From NCBI GenBank assembly GCA_017425655.1, contig JAFPAT010000009.1:2534-66533 (forward strand): a stretch of 64,000 bases of DNA, read 5' to 3'. Position numbers and translations under genes: made by a program. A model generated the notes under the pieces. It worked only from the letters and a program-made list of their open reading frames with translations, searched no databases and was not told where the DNA came from. The DNA is from Rikenellaceae bacterium (GTDB taxonomy: Bacteria > Bacteroidota > Bacteroidia > Bacteroidales > Rikenellaceae). Below, one piece after another: positions 20,351 to 29,968 of this stretch (position 1 is its first letter; each line of letters begins with the position of its first letter).

Positions 20351-21650
20351 TATCTGTAATTTTTGCTTTTAATTCACCCTTTGCCAATCGTATCGACAGC
20401 TCGGCTCCGACTTCGGTCTGCGATGCGTCGTTCAGTGCGCGACCGCCAAGGCTTACAATTGCAAAGCCCAGAGCCATAATGTGTTGCGGATCTCGCGCCG
20501 CTACCGTCTGCTCCATTGCTGAGAGTTTTTCGTGTTCGGCGCGAAGGAGATTTGTGGTCGTATGACGCAATATTTCGTCGGCTCGCGCCACACGATTTCG
20601 TTGTTCGTTAATGAGTGTTTCGCTCACTCGACGCAACTCCGACGAGTAGCGTTCGAGCGTCAGTTCAATGCGGCGTGTTGCTCCGAGAGCCTGCGTTGCA
20701 ACCATCGCTGCATTGCGTTCAAGTCGCTGACGTTCAGTCGATAGTATCTCTATTGCGTGGCGTTCTATCGCCTGCGCCAAGGCATCCAACTCACTATCAA
20801 ATTCGGCCATCTGCTCGCCTATCCACGCCGCCACGGCAGTCGGGGTTTTGAGCCGCAGAGCCGCCACCATATCGGCTACACTCTCGTCTTTGTCGTGGCC
20901 GATTCCCGTTACGACGGGCAGCGGAAATTGCGCCACATGCGCACACAATCGATACGAATTAAAGCAGGCCAAATCGCTCTGCGAACCACCGCCGCGAATT
21001 ACCGCCACAACATCGAACTCGTCGGCGCGTTCGGCCACCCGTTCCAGCGCCTCGATAATCGAATCTTCGGCCCCGTGTCCCTGCATAAATGCGTCAAACA
21101 GAGTGAGTTCCACACGATAGGGAGAGCGGGCAATCTCCTTGCGGAAGTCCTGATAACCAGCCGCATTGGCACTCGAAACTACCGCCACGCGCTGTGGCAC
21201 GCGGGGCACTCCGAGCTCGCGGTTCATATCCCACACACCCTCCTCTTGCAGGCGGGCGATGGTCTGCTGTCGCTGCTGCTCCCAATCGCCGAGGGTGTAG
21301 GTGGGGTCGATGTCCTGAATCTGGAATGAGAGTCCGTAAAGTTCGTGATATGTGATAGTTACACGCACCAATACCTTCATCCCGACAGACAACTGCTCGC
21401 CCGTTTTCGAGGCGAAATAGGTCGCAATAGCTCCGTAATGCGAACGCCAGATCACCGCCGAGGCCTTGGCTGCGGGCACTCCGTTTGCACCCCCTTTTTC
21501 GACCAATTCGAGGTAGCAATGGCCCGAATAATTGACTTTCATTTCGGAGATTTCGGCGGCAACCCACACGGGCAGTGGGAACGCCTCGGTTAGGCGTTCG
21601 CGCACAGCGAGCTGCAACTCGCGCAATGAAAAGTGTTTTTTCTGCTCCAT
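20334..21650 (-). CDS. xseA: Exodeoxyribonuclease VII large subunit
   Basis: WVAAEISE, SGHCYLEL, IRGGGS, TGIGHDKD, TPTAVA. Start corrected to ATG 21650. Confidence 0.95.
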   Translation of the reverse strand: MEQKKHFSLRELQLAVRERLTEAFPLPVWVAAEISEMKVNYSGHCYLELVEKGGANGVPAAKASAVIWRSHYGAIATYFASKTGEQLSVGMKVLVRVTITYHELYGLSFQIQDIDPTYTLGDWEQQRQQTIARLQEEGVWDMNRELGVPRVPQRVAVVSSANAAGYQDFRKEIARSPYRVELTLFDAFMQGHGAEDSIIEALERVAERADEFDVVAVIRGGGSQSDLACFNSYRLCAHVAQFPLPVVTGIGHDKDESVADMVAALRLKTPTAVAAWIGEQMAEFDSELDALAQAIERHAIEILSTERQRLERNAAMVATQALGATRRIELTLERYSSELRRVSETLINEQRNRVARADEILRHTTTNLLRAEHEKLSAMEQTVAARDPQHIMALGFAIVSLGGRALNDASQTEVGAELSIRLAKGELKAKITDNGKNN

Positions 21651-21675
21651 TTGCTTACGAAATCTCTTCAAAATA

Positions 21676-21705
21676 CAAAGGTATGAAAAATTTTCCTTAT
21701 CTTTG
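21676..21705. promoter_or_regulatory. Overlapping divergent -7 promoter elements for xseA and prfA
   Basis: TACCTTTG on minus strand (21676-21683) and TATCTTTG on plus strand (21698-21705). Confidence 0.7.
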
Positions 21706-21723
21706 CGCGCAAAATGTAAAGCT

Positions 21724-22809
21724 ATGGCAGACAATTCAATACTTATACGTCTCGACGGCCTCAAACTCAAATATGAGGAGATGGGCGAGCAGATGACCGA
21801 CCCCGAAGTGATCGCCGATGTTAAGCGATTTATTCAGCTCAACAAGGAGTACAAGGAGCTCGAACCGATTATCGAGGCAAGCGAGCACTATCGCACCGCA
21901 ATCGCTAACTTGCAGGAAGCCAAGGATGTACTTGCCAATGAGAAGGACGAGGAGTTCCGCGAAATGGCTCGTATGGAGGTGGCCGAACTCGAACCCCGAA
22001 TCGTCGAATTGGAGGAGCAGATCAAACTCTTGCTGATCCCGAAGGATCCGCAGGACGACAAAAACGCAATCGTCGAGATTCGTGGTGGTACGGGTGGCGA
22101 CGAGGCTGCAATCTTTGCGGGCGACCTGTTGCGTATGTACACCAAATATATCGAGAGCCGCGGTTGGAAGTACGAGATTAACTCGTTCAGCGAGGGTACT
22201 GCGGGCGGTTACAAGGAGGTTGTGCTCAAAGTTACGGGCGCAGGTGTCTATGGCGTTTTGAAGTACGAGTCGGGCGTGCATCGCGTGCAGCGCGTACCCC
22301 AGACCGAGACGCAGGGTCGTGTTCATACCTCGGCAGCATCGGTTGCCGTTCTGCCTGAAGCAGAGGAGTTTGACGTTGAGATCTCGATGAACGATATCCG
22401 TAAGGATATCTTCTGCGCATCGGGTCCCGGTGGTCAGTCGGTCAATACGACCTATTCGGCTATCCGTCTGACACATATTCCGACCGGTATCGTCGTGCAG
22501 TGTCAGGACCAGAAGTCGCAGCTCAAAAACTTCGATAAGGCGTTGGAGGAGTTGCGTACGCGCGTGTTCAACCTCGAATACTCGAAGTATCTTGACGAAA
22601 TCGCATCGAAGCGTAAGACGATGGTCTCGACGGGCGACCGTTCGGCAAAGATCCGTACCTACAACTATCCGCAGGGCCGTATCACCGACCACCGTATCAA
22701 CTATACGATCTACAACCTCTCGGCATTTATGGATGGTGATATTCAGTCGGTTATCGACCAGTTGATCGTAGCCGAGAACGCCGAGCGATTGAAGGAGAGC
22801 GAGCTGTAA
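21724..22809 (+). CDS. prfA: Peptide chain release factor 1
   Basis: GTGGDEA, ESGVHRVQRVPQTE (PxT), GGQ, IRTYNYPQGR. Start corrected to ATG 21724. Confidence 0.97.
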   Translation: MADNSILIRLDGLKLKYEEMGEQMTDPEVIADVKRFIQLNKEYKELEPIIEASEHYRTAIANLQEAKDVLANEKDEEFREMARMEVAELEPRIVELEEQIKLLLIPKDPQDDKNAIVEIRGGTGGDEAAIFAGDLLRMYTKYIESRGWKYEINSFSEGTAGGYKEVVLKVTGAGVYGVLKYESGVHRVQRVPQTETQGRVHTSAASVAVLPEAEEFDVEISMNDIRKDIFCASGPGGQSVNTTYSAIRLTHIPTGIVVQCQDQKSQLKNFDKALEELRTRVFNLEYSKYLDEIASKRKTMVSTGDRSAKIRTYNYPQGRITDHRINYTIYNLSAFMDGDIQSVIDQLIVAENAERLKESEL

Positions 22810-22850
22810 AAAGCCCCTTGCCGAAAGATTAATCGACAATCAAATATGCG

Positions 22851-22883
22851 CCTGCCCAACTTTAACGGTTGGGCAGGTTTTTT
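22851..22883 (+). terminator. Intrinsic terminator of prfA
   Basis: CCTGCCCAAC/GTTGGGCAGG stem plus T6. Confidence 0.85.
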
Positions 22884-23098
22884 ATGCCTGTAACTCTTCG
22901 CAGACGAAGGGGCGGAGTGTATTGAATGTAGCCCGTCAGACATTATATATTATATATAGGTCGCGCGAGATTTTACGAAAAGGGGCGAAAACGGGTTGTG
23001 AAATTAAAATTTTCGCCTCGACCGCTTGGAATTTGAAATAAAATTCATATATTTATGGTCGCGAATTTAGAAACTAAAACAAAAATAACCTCAAAACT

Positions 23099-25252
23099 AT
23101 GAAAAACTATTCAACAAAAGAGATTAAGAACGTCGTTCTTATCGGTGCTCCCGGCTCTGGAAAAACCACCCTCGCCGAGGCTATGGCATACGAAGGTAAG
23201 GTAATTGACCGTCGTGGTACTGTCGAGGGTGAAAATACTCTTTCGGATAATACCGATATCGAGCACGAATATAAGCGTTCAATCTATTCGACCGCACTCT
23301 TCTCGGAGTTTATGGGTCGCAAACTCAATATCATCGACACCCCGGGTTCGGATGACTTCTGTGGTAGCCTCTTCTCGGCATTTAAGGTTGCCGACGTTGG
23401 TCTGTGCGTAATCAGCGCAGTCGAGGGTTTCGAGGCAGGTACCGAGATTCAGGCTCGCTACGCTCGTAAGCTCAACAAGCCCGTGATCGCTATCGTTAAT
23501 AAACTTGATGCCGAGAACGCAAATTGGGATGAGACTATCGAGAGCATCAACGCTTCGTCGCGTGTGAAGCCCGTAATCGTTCAGTATCCCGTTAATCCGG
23601 GTCCCGGTTTCAACTCGTTCATCGACGTTCTGATGATGAAGATGTATCGCTTCACCGACGAGAATGGTACTCGTGAGGAGTTGGAGATCCCCGCAGAGGA
23701 GATGGATCGCGCAATGGAGTTGCACCAGACTCTGGTTGAGACCGCAGCAGAGAACGACGAGGATCTGATGATGCTCTACTTCGACAAGGGTGCGCTGACC
23801 CAGGACGACATCCGTAGCGGTTTGAAGCTCGGCGTTGCAAAGCGTGATTGCCTTCCCGTATTCTGTTCGTCGGCAAAGCGCGACGTAGGTTCGAAGCGTA
23901 TTATGGAGTTCATCATCAACGTAGCTCCCGGTCCGCTGACCGCTCCCAACTTCCTCACAACCGAGGGCGAGGAGATCGAGGCAGACGAGAATGGCCAGCC
24001 CGTTGTATTCGTATTCAAGAGCCAGGTTGAGCAGCACTTGGGCGAAATCAGCTACTTCCGCGTAGTTCGTGGTAAGATCACCGAGGGTATGGAGTTGGTT
24101 AATAGCCGTACCGGTAACAAGGAGAAGATCTCGCAGCTGTTTGCCGTTGCAGGTAAGAACCGTATCAAGGTTTCGGAGTTGGCAGCAGGCGACATCGGTT
24201 GCACCGTTAAGTTGAAGGCTACCCGTACCAACGATACTCTGTCGGCACCCTCGACTCCCGTCGAGATCGAGCCGATCGTATTCCCCGAGGCGCGTTACCG
24301 CGCAGCTGTTAAGGCAGCAAAGCAGGGCGACGACGAGAAGCTGGGTGAGTTGCTCAATAAGGCGAAGTATGAGGATCCGACCATTCTGGTTGAGTACTCG
24401 AAGGAGTTGAAGCAGACCATCATTCAGGGTCAGGGTGAGCACCACCTCAATATTTTGAAGTATCGCCTCTCGACCGAGAACAAGATGGAGATCGAATATA
24501 TGGCACCGCGTATTCCTTATCGCGAGACCATCACCAAGGTTGCACAGGCAGACTATCGCCACAAGAAGCAGTCGGGTGGCGCAGGTCAGTTCGGTGAGGT
24601 ACATATGGTTATCGAGCCCTACTACGAGGGTATGCCCGAGCCTACCAAGTATAAGATCAATGGCAAGGAGGTTACCGTTAATGTTAAGGGCAAGGAGGAG
24701 TACGAGCTCGAATGGGGCGGTAAGTTGCAGTACTACAACTCGATCGTTGGTGGTGCTATCGACGCACGCTTTATGCCCGCTATCTTGAAGGGTATTATGG
24801 AGAAGATGACCGAGGGCCCGTTGACCGGTTCGTATGCACGCGATATCCGCGTTGTGATCTACGACGGTAAGATGCACCCGGTTGATTCGAATGAAATCTC
24901 GTTCAAGCTGGCTGCACGTAACGCCTTCAAGGAGGCATTCCGCAACGCAGGTCCGAAGATTATGGAGCCTATTTACAGCGTTGAGGTACTCGTGCCGAGC
25001 GACCGTATGGGTGATGTGATGAGCGACTTGCAGAACCGCCGTGCCCTGATCGAGGGTATGTCGTCGGAGCACGGTCTGGATCGCCTGAATGCTCGCGTGC
25101 CTCTGGCAGAGTTGTATCGCTATTCGACCACGCTGTCGTCGCTGACCAACGGCCGTGCATCGTACACAATGAAGTTCGCTTCGTACGAGCAGGTTCCCGC
25201 TGATGTTCAGGACAAGCTGTTGAAGGCTTACACCGATACCGACGAGGATTAA
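23099..25252 (+). CDS. fusA2: Elongation factor G paralog EF-G2
   Basis: EF-G architecture; GAPGSGKTT, DTPGSDDF (catalytic His replaced), HKKQSGGAGQF, domain IV insertion. Confidence 0.92.
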   Translation: MKNYSTKEIKNVVLIGAPGSGKTTLAEAMAYEGKVIDRRGTVEGENTLSDNTDIEHEYKRSIYSTALFSEFMGRKLNIIDTPGSDDFCGSLFSAFKVADVGLCVISAVEGFEAGTEIQARYARKLNKPVIAIVNKLDAENANWDETIESINASSRVKPVIVQYPVNPGPGFNSFIDVLMMKMYRFTDENGTREELEIPAEEMDRAMELHQTLVETAAENDEDLMMLYFDKGALTQDDIRSGLKLGVAKRDCLPVFCSSAKRDVGSKRIMEFIINVAPGPLTAPNFLTTEGEEIEADENGQPVVFVFKSQVEQHLGEISYFRVVRGKITEGMELVNSRTGNKEKISQLFAVAGKNRIKVSELAAGDIGCTVKLKATRTNDTLSAPSTPVEIEPIVFPEARYRAAVKAAKQGDDEKLGELLNKAKYEDPTILVEYSKELKQTIIQGQGEHHLNILKYRLSTENKMEIEYMAPRIPYRETITKVAQADYRHKKQSGGAGQFGEVHMVIEPYYEGMPEPTKYKINGKEVTVNVKGKEEYELEWGGKLQYYNSIVGGAIDARFMPAILKGIMEKMTEGPLTGSYARDIRVVIYDGKMHPVDSNEISFKLAARNAFKEAFRNAGPKIMEPIYSVEVLVPSDRMGDVMSDLQNRRALIEGMSSEHGLDRLNARVPLAELYRYSTTLSSLTNGRASYTMKFASYEQVPADVQDKLLKAYTDTDED

Positions 25253-25275
25253 TCCGCAATCCTTATCAAATATCC

Positions 25276-25306
25276 AAACCGCGCTCTTCGGGGCGCGGTT
25301 TTTTTT
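25276..25306 (+). terminator. Intrinsic terminator of fusA2
   Basis: AAACCGCGCTC-TTCG-GGGCGCGGTTT plus T-run. Confidence 0.88.
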
Positions 25307-25496
25307 GTTGGAGGGTGCTTTTGGGGTGGCTGCGTTGTGCTGTGTAGCCACTTTCAGGAGTGTATTGCAAATAAAAAATCCGCCCCGACAAGTGGAGGGA
25401 GAGAAGCGGTCAAAGACCGACTTGTCGGGAACGGATTAATATGTTGTCGAAGCGATGCAGATTCTGTTCTTTGCGCTTCGAGGATAATATCTTTGT

Positions 25497-26201
25497 TTAT
25501 AGATGTTTGGCGGCGACGTTGCAGATCGCATCAGCAATCAGTTGATGCCCCTGCGCGTTGGGGTGAATGCCGTCGGCGCAGAACATCTCGCGGTAGTTGC
25601 GCTCGAACAGGAACGGTGTCGTAATGTCGATAATTGGCACCGTAAGCGACGAGGCAAGCTTGAACAGTCGCAGGTTGTACATCTCGTGCCACTGCGTGAT
25701 ATTCTCGACACAGCCATCAAGCCAGCGCATCACGTTCGATCGTCGTGTCGTGTCCATCGCTCGTGTAAACATCTCAAAATATCGATCGGCGATAATTGGC
25801 GGCAGCGACAGCAAAACGGGCTTTGAGCCGAGTTCGCGCACCTTCGTAATCATCTGTCGATACTGCTCCTCGAAGCGATCGAGCGAGGTGATCGGGTGGT
25901 GTTCGCCATCGGGGTTGTCGGCTATCTGTCGCCACGAGTGGTCGCAATCGTTGCCACCAAACTCCAATACGACAAACTCCGAATCGGCCACCTGCTCCTG
26001 CCAGCGCTCCAATTCGCGTAGCCCGCGATGGGTGGTGTTACCGAAACGACCGTGATTTTTGATCTCGATGTCGAGTCGCGATTGGCAACGGTTCGAGAAG
26101 CTATCTTTTAATATTGTATATCGTGGCGAGGCCTGCTCATCAATCTTATCAAGAACAATGCCACCCATTATCGAATCGCCAAAAGCTGTAATACGTTTCA
26201 T
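25497..26201 (-). CDS. SGNH/GDSL hydrolase
   Basis: FGDSI, G block II, FGGND, DGIHPN. Confidence 0.92.
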   Translation of the reverse strand: MKRITAFGDSIMGGIVLDKIDEQASPRYTILKDSFSNRCQSRLDIEIKNHGRFGNTTHRGLRELERWQEQVADSEFVVLEFGGNDCDHSWRQIADNPDGEHHPITSLDRFEEQYRQMITKVRELGSKPVLLSLPPIIADRYFEMFTRAMDTTRRSNVMRWLDGCVENITQWHEMYNLRLFKLASSLTVPIIDITTPFLFERNYREMFCADGIHPNAQGHQLIADAICNVAAKHL

Positions 26202-26384
26202 TGTTTGTGTCGTTTTTCAAATCTTTGAACACTGCAAAGCTAACACCACGATAGCGCCTTGGCAAATTGTCGGGACTTGTGAGCAAAATTTGTGATATTT
26301 TGCTCATTTTCGTTACTAAAATCGATATATTGGGACAAAATCACTATATTTGTACATTCATCACACATAAAATTGGGACTAAAA

Positions 26385-27179
26385 ATGAACGCTCTGCCAA
26401 CCAATTTTCGCCGAAAAAGCACTCAGGCAATACATGTCTTTGCGTTGCCGTTGTCGTTTTTTGCATTTATGCTGATCTATCGCCCGTTCAATGTAGCACA
26501 GACCCTGCTGCTCGGTCGATTTTCGTTCGGAATTAATCTTACGCTGATCTCTTGCATCATCTTCGGCTCGATGACGATTATGCGCATGCTCTTTTATATG
26601 TTGCGTCGTCGAATTGATACACTGACCTACTTTTTTTGGGTGATTTTGGAGATGGTAGTATCGGTGTTCTTCGTTGCACTCTATGCGTGGTTGATGGAGC
26701 GCACGGTTGACCCCTATTTCTTGGTTGTTTCGCGAGCCTGCAAATGGGTTATGCCGGTGCTTATTTTCCCCTATGTTATTATCTCTCTGGCGCTTTTTCT
26801 TGCAGATAAGAGCCTGATGCATGAGGTGAGTGAGTCGGCAAAGATGCGTTTCTACGACGAACGCCATAATCTGAAACTTGTCGTGGCGACCGCTTCGGTG
26901 CTATATATCGAGGCCGAGGAGAACTATATAAATATACATTATCAAGAGGGCGATAAGATGCGTAACTACCTGATACGTACGTCAATGAAGTCGATAGAGG
27001 AGCTTTGCGGCACGCACAATCTGTTGCGTTGCCATCGCTCTTATTATCTCAATCCTTGCCATGTGAAGGTGCTGCGCAAGAATCGCGAGGGCACGATCTT
27101 CGCCGAACTCGACACTGCAACACCGTGCGAGGTGCCCGTAACCAAACGCTACTACGACGTAATCTCGTCAGCGATTTAG
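26385..27179 (+). CDS. Membrane-anchored LytTR family transcriptional regulator
   Basis: Four TM segments, then LYIEAEENY..RCHRSYYLN..VPVTKRY. Start at ATG 26385 after TATATTTG (26345-26352). Confidence 0.88.
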   Translation: MNALPTNFRRKSTQAIHVFALPLSFFAFMLIYRPFNVAQTLLLGRFSFGINLTLISCIIFGSMTIMRMLFYMLRRRIDTLTYFFWVILEMVVSVFFVALYAWLMERTVDPYFLVVSRACKWVMPVLIFPYVIISLALFLADKSLMHEVSESAKMRFYDERHNLKLVVATASVLYIEAEENYINIHYQEGDKMRNYLIRTSMKSIEELCGTHNLLRCHRSYYLNPCHVKVLRKNREGTIFAELDTATPCEVPVTKRYYDVISSAI

Positions 27180-27301
27180 TCGGGATGTATCGCCTCGATG
27201 ACGGCTTTACCGATAAGACGAAAAAATATTTTCAAAACACAATCCCAATCGTGAATAAATTCGTATCTTGCGACAAGATTGGGTTAAAGTATTTTTGAAT
27301 T

Positions 27302-29518
27302 ATGGAGACTTTGGCTTTAGAGCAACGCTACGCGCGACTGCTCGAACTTGTTCGAACAAACTTTTCGCCCACGACACAACAGCTTGTCGATGAGGCTCTT
27401 AAATATGCCGATGCGGCTCTGATCGAGGAGCATCGTTACGACGGCTGTCCGATGTTGGACCACGCGGTGCATACGGCCGAGATCGTTATTTCGGAGATTG
27501 GTCTGGGTCGTAATTCGACTGTTGCAACGCTGCTGCACGATGTTGTGCGCCTGGCGGCGAAGCGTGGTGCGGAGGATTTGGAGCGCGTAACGGGCGACAT
27601 TCGTGCGAAATTTGGCGACTATGTTGCCGATATCACCCGCGCTTTGGCAAATATTTCGGATGTCAAAACGAAGGTGGCAAAGGAGCAGGCCGAAAATTTC
27701 CGCGACCTGATTGTGTCGTATTCGACCGATCCGCGTGTGATTTTGATCAAGTTGGCCGATCGTCTTGAAGTGATGCGTTCGCTCTCGATTTTCCCTGCCG
27801 CAAAGCACCACAAAAAGAGTTGGGAGAGCCTCAATATCTACGCTCCGATTGCTCACAAGTTGGGTCTCTACGCCATTAAGAGCGAGTTGGAGGATATCTC
27901 GTTGAGCTACCTCGAACCAGATGACTATCAGCATATTCTGTCGAAATTGGAGGAGACCTCGCAGGAGCGTCAGCAGTTGATCGCGCGATTTTTGGAGCCG
28001 GTGATTCCGAAGCTCGACAAGATGGGCTACGAGTACCATATCAAGAGCCGCACCAAGTCGATCTTCTCGATCTGGACCAAGATGCGCAAGAGCCACATAC
28101 CCTTCGAGGAGGTCTTCGACATCTTCGCGCTGCGCATTATTGTCGATTGTCCGCGCGAGATCGAAAAGACGCTCTGTTGGAACATCTACTCCGTGGTAAC
28201 GGACTTCTATACGCCCAATCCCGATCGTATGCGTGATTGGATATCTATCCCGAAATCAAATGGTTATGAGTCGCTGCACACGACCGTTGTAACCAAAGAG
28301 GGTCGCTGGGTCGAGGTGCAGATCCGTTCGCAACGTATGGATGAGGTTGCCGAGCGCGGTATTGCTGCCCATTGGCGTTATAAGGGTGTCAATCAGGGCG
28401 CACAGACCAGCGAGCAGTGGCTTGGTCGCCTGCGCGAGTTGATGGAGACCACGACTCACTCGCTCGTACAGCGTTTCGATGCCAAACCCGCATCGGGCGA
28501 AATCTTTGTCTTCACACCGAAGGGCGACCTGCGTAAGCTGCCCGAAGGGGCGACGGTGCTCGATTTTGCCTTCGATATCCACTCGAATGTGGGTTGTACC
28601 TGCTCGGGTGCGAAGATCAACCACCGCAACGTGTCGATCCGCGAGGTGCTGAAAAATGGCGACATCGTTGAGATTATGACGCAGAAGAATCAGACCCCGA
28701 AATCGGATTGGCTGAATGTGGTTACCACGACCAAAGCGCGTAACAAGATCCGCCAATTCCTGCGCGAGGAGCAGGCTCGACAGGCGCGTCTGGGGCGTGA
28801 GGAGTTGGAGCGCAAACTGAAAAATTGGAAGATGAACATCGCCATCGACGATGCGGTGGTATATCTGTGTAAGTCGCTGAAAATCCGCACGGGAACGGAA
28901 CTCTATAACCGTATTCTGAACGAGAAGATCGACTTTGCCCAGATCAAGGAGATCATCTCGCGCCATTTAAGCGGTGAGGCCGATGAGCAGCGTCGTTCGA
29001 CGGCTGCTGCACTCGATGCCGCCAAGCTCGATGCGCCGAAGATCTACAACACCTCTCCGTCGGGCGATGCGTTGGTAATTGACGATCGAATCAATAAGAT
29101 TGACTATAAGTTGGCAAAGTGTTGCAATCCGATTATGGGCGACGATATCTTCGGCTTTGTAACGATCAATTCGGGTATCACGATCCACCGCCACGACTGC
29201 CCCAATGCGGCTCGCCTGCGCGAGAATTATCCCTACCGCATTATGGAGGCCCGCTGGCGCGAGCAGGTGCAGGGCGGAGCGTTCCGCGCGTCGATTAAGA
29301 TCGTGGCCGACGACACGACGGGTATGGTCAATCGTATTACGGAGGTTGTAAATCGCGACCTGAAGCTCAATATTCGTTCGATGAATCTCTCGTCGAGTGG
29401 CGGTACGCTGTCGGGTATGATCAATGTCGAGGTGCCGAGTACGAATGTGGTTGATATGCTGATCCACAGCATTTTGCGCATCCGCGGAGTGCAACGCGCC
29501 TATCGCGTGAATAACTAA
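27302..29518 (+). CDS. relA: Long RelA/SpoT homolog, (p)ppGpp synthetase (RelA-like)
   Basis: YAPIAHKLG, RTKS, DIFALR, PKSNGYESLH, EVQIR, AAHWRYK, TGS domain, AKCCNP, ACT domain. Confidence 0.9.
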   Translation: METLALEQRYARLLELVRTNFSPTTQQLVDEALKYADAALIEEHRYDGCPMLDHAVHTAEIVISEIGLGRNSTVATLLHDVVRLAAKRGAEDLERVTGDIRAKFGDYVADITRALANISDVKTKVAKEQAENFRDLIVSYSTDPRVILIKLADRLEVMRSLSIFPAAKHHKKSWESLNIYAPIAHKLGLYAIKSELEDISLSYLEPDDYQHILSKLEETSQERQQLIARFLEPVIPKLDKMGYEYHIKSRTKSIFSIWTKMRKSHIPFEEVFDIFALRIIVDCPREIEKTLCWNIYSVVTDFYTPNPDRMRDWISIPKSNGYESLHTTVVTKEGRWVEVQIRSQRMDEVAERGIAAHWRYKGVNQGAQTSEQWLGRLRELMETTTHSLVQRFDAKPASGEIFVFTPKGDLRKLPEGATVLDFAFDIHSNVGCTCSGAKINHRNVSIREVLKNGDIVEIMTQKNQTPKSDWLNVVTTTKARNKIRQFLREEQARQARLGREELERKLKNWKMNIAIDDAVVYLCKSLKIRTGTELYNRILNEKIDFAQIKEIISRHLSGEADEQRRSTAAALDAAKLDAPKIYNTSPSGDALVIDDRINKIDYKLAKCCNPIMGDDIFGFVTINSGITIHRHDCPNAARLRENYPYRIMEARWREQVQGGAFRASIKIVADDTTGMVNRITEVVNRDLKLNIRSMNLSSSGGTLSGMINVEVPSTNVVDMLIHSILRIRGVQRAYRVNN

Positions 29519-29542
29519 ATAAGGGAAACTCCTAAAAGCAAC

Positions 29543-29573
29543 GCACCCCGAAACAGCGATTGTTTCGGGGTGT
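29543..29573. terminator. Hairpin between convergent relA and tRNA-Thr
   Basis: GCACCCCGAAACA/TGTTTCGGGGTGT stem. Confidence 0.65.
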
Positions 29574-29580
29574 ATTGTTG

Positions 29581-29653
29581 AGCCGCAAACGAGACTTGAA
29601 CTCGTGACCTCTTCATTACGAGTGAAACGCTCTACCAACTGAGCTATTGCGGC
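29581..29653 (-). tRNA. tRNA-Thr(CGT)
   Basis: Reverse complement GCCGCAATAGCTCAGTTGGTAGAGC..CT-CGT-AA..GTTCAAGTC..TTGCGGCT; cloverleaf; CCA not encoded. Confidence 0.95.
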
Positions 29654-29759
29654 ATCACTTCAAAGGTCTTGATCCTTTTGCGGTGCAAATATCCGAAAAA
29701 AAATTCGAATATTCCAACATTCAAACCAAATTATATCATTTTATCGCAAATTTTGTCTG

Positions 29760-29846
29760 CGCCTCGCCCGCAACCAGCCCCGTCGCACACCTCGCCCCGC
29801 ACCTCGTAGCCTCTCTCGCCGCACGCCTCGCAACCCACCGCACCAA
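29760..29846. repeat. Degenerate ~12-bp C-rich tandem repeat
   Basis: Units such as CCTCGCCCCGCA, CCTCGTAGCCTC, TCTCGCCGCACG, CCTCGCAACCCA. Confidence 0.5.
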
Positions 29847-29940
29847 GTATGCATAAGCATACGACGCGGGTAGTTTTGTTCATTTTAGTATTGAATTAGG
29901 AAATTATATGCAGATATTACATTTGCAAAAAAAGTTGTGA

Positions 29941-29966
29941 AAATAGGGGCGCACGAAGCGCCCCAT
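29941..29966 (-). terminator. Terminator closing the AT-rich insert
   Basis: GGGGCGC/GCGCCCC stem followed by TATTTT on the minus strand. Confidence 0.65.
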
Positions 29967-29968
29967 AA

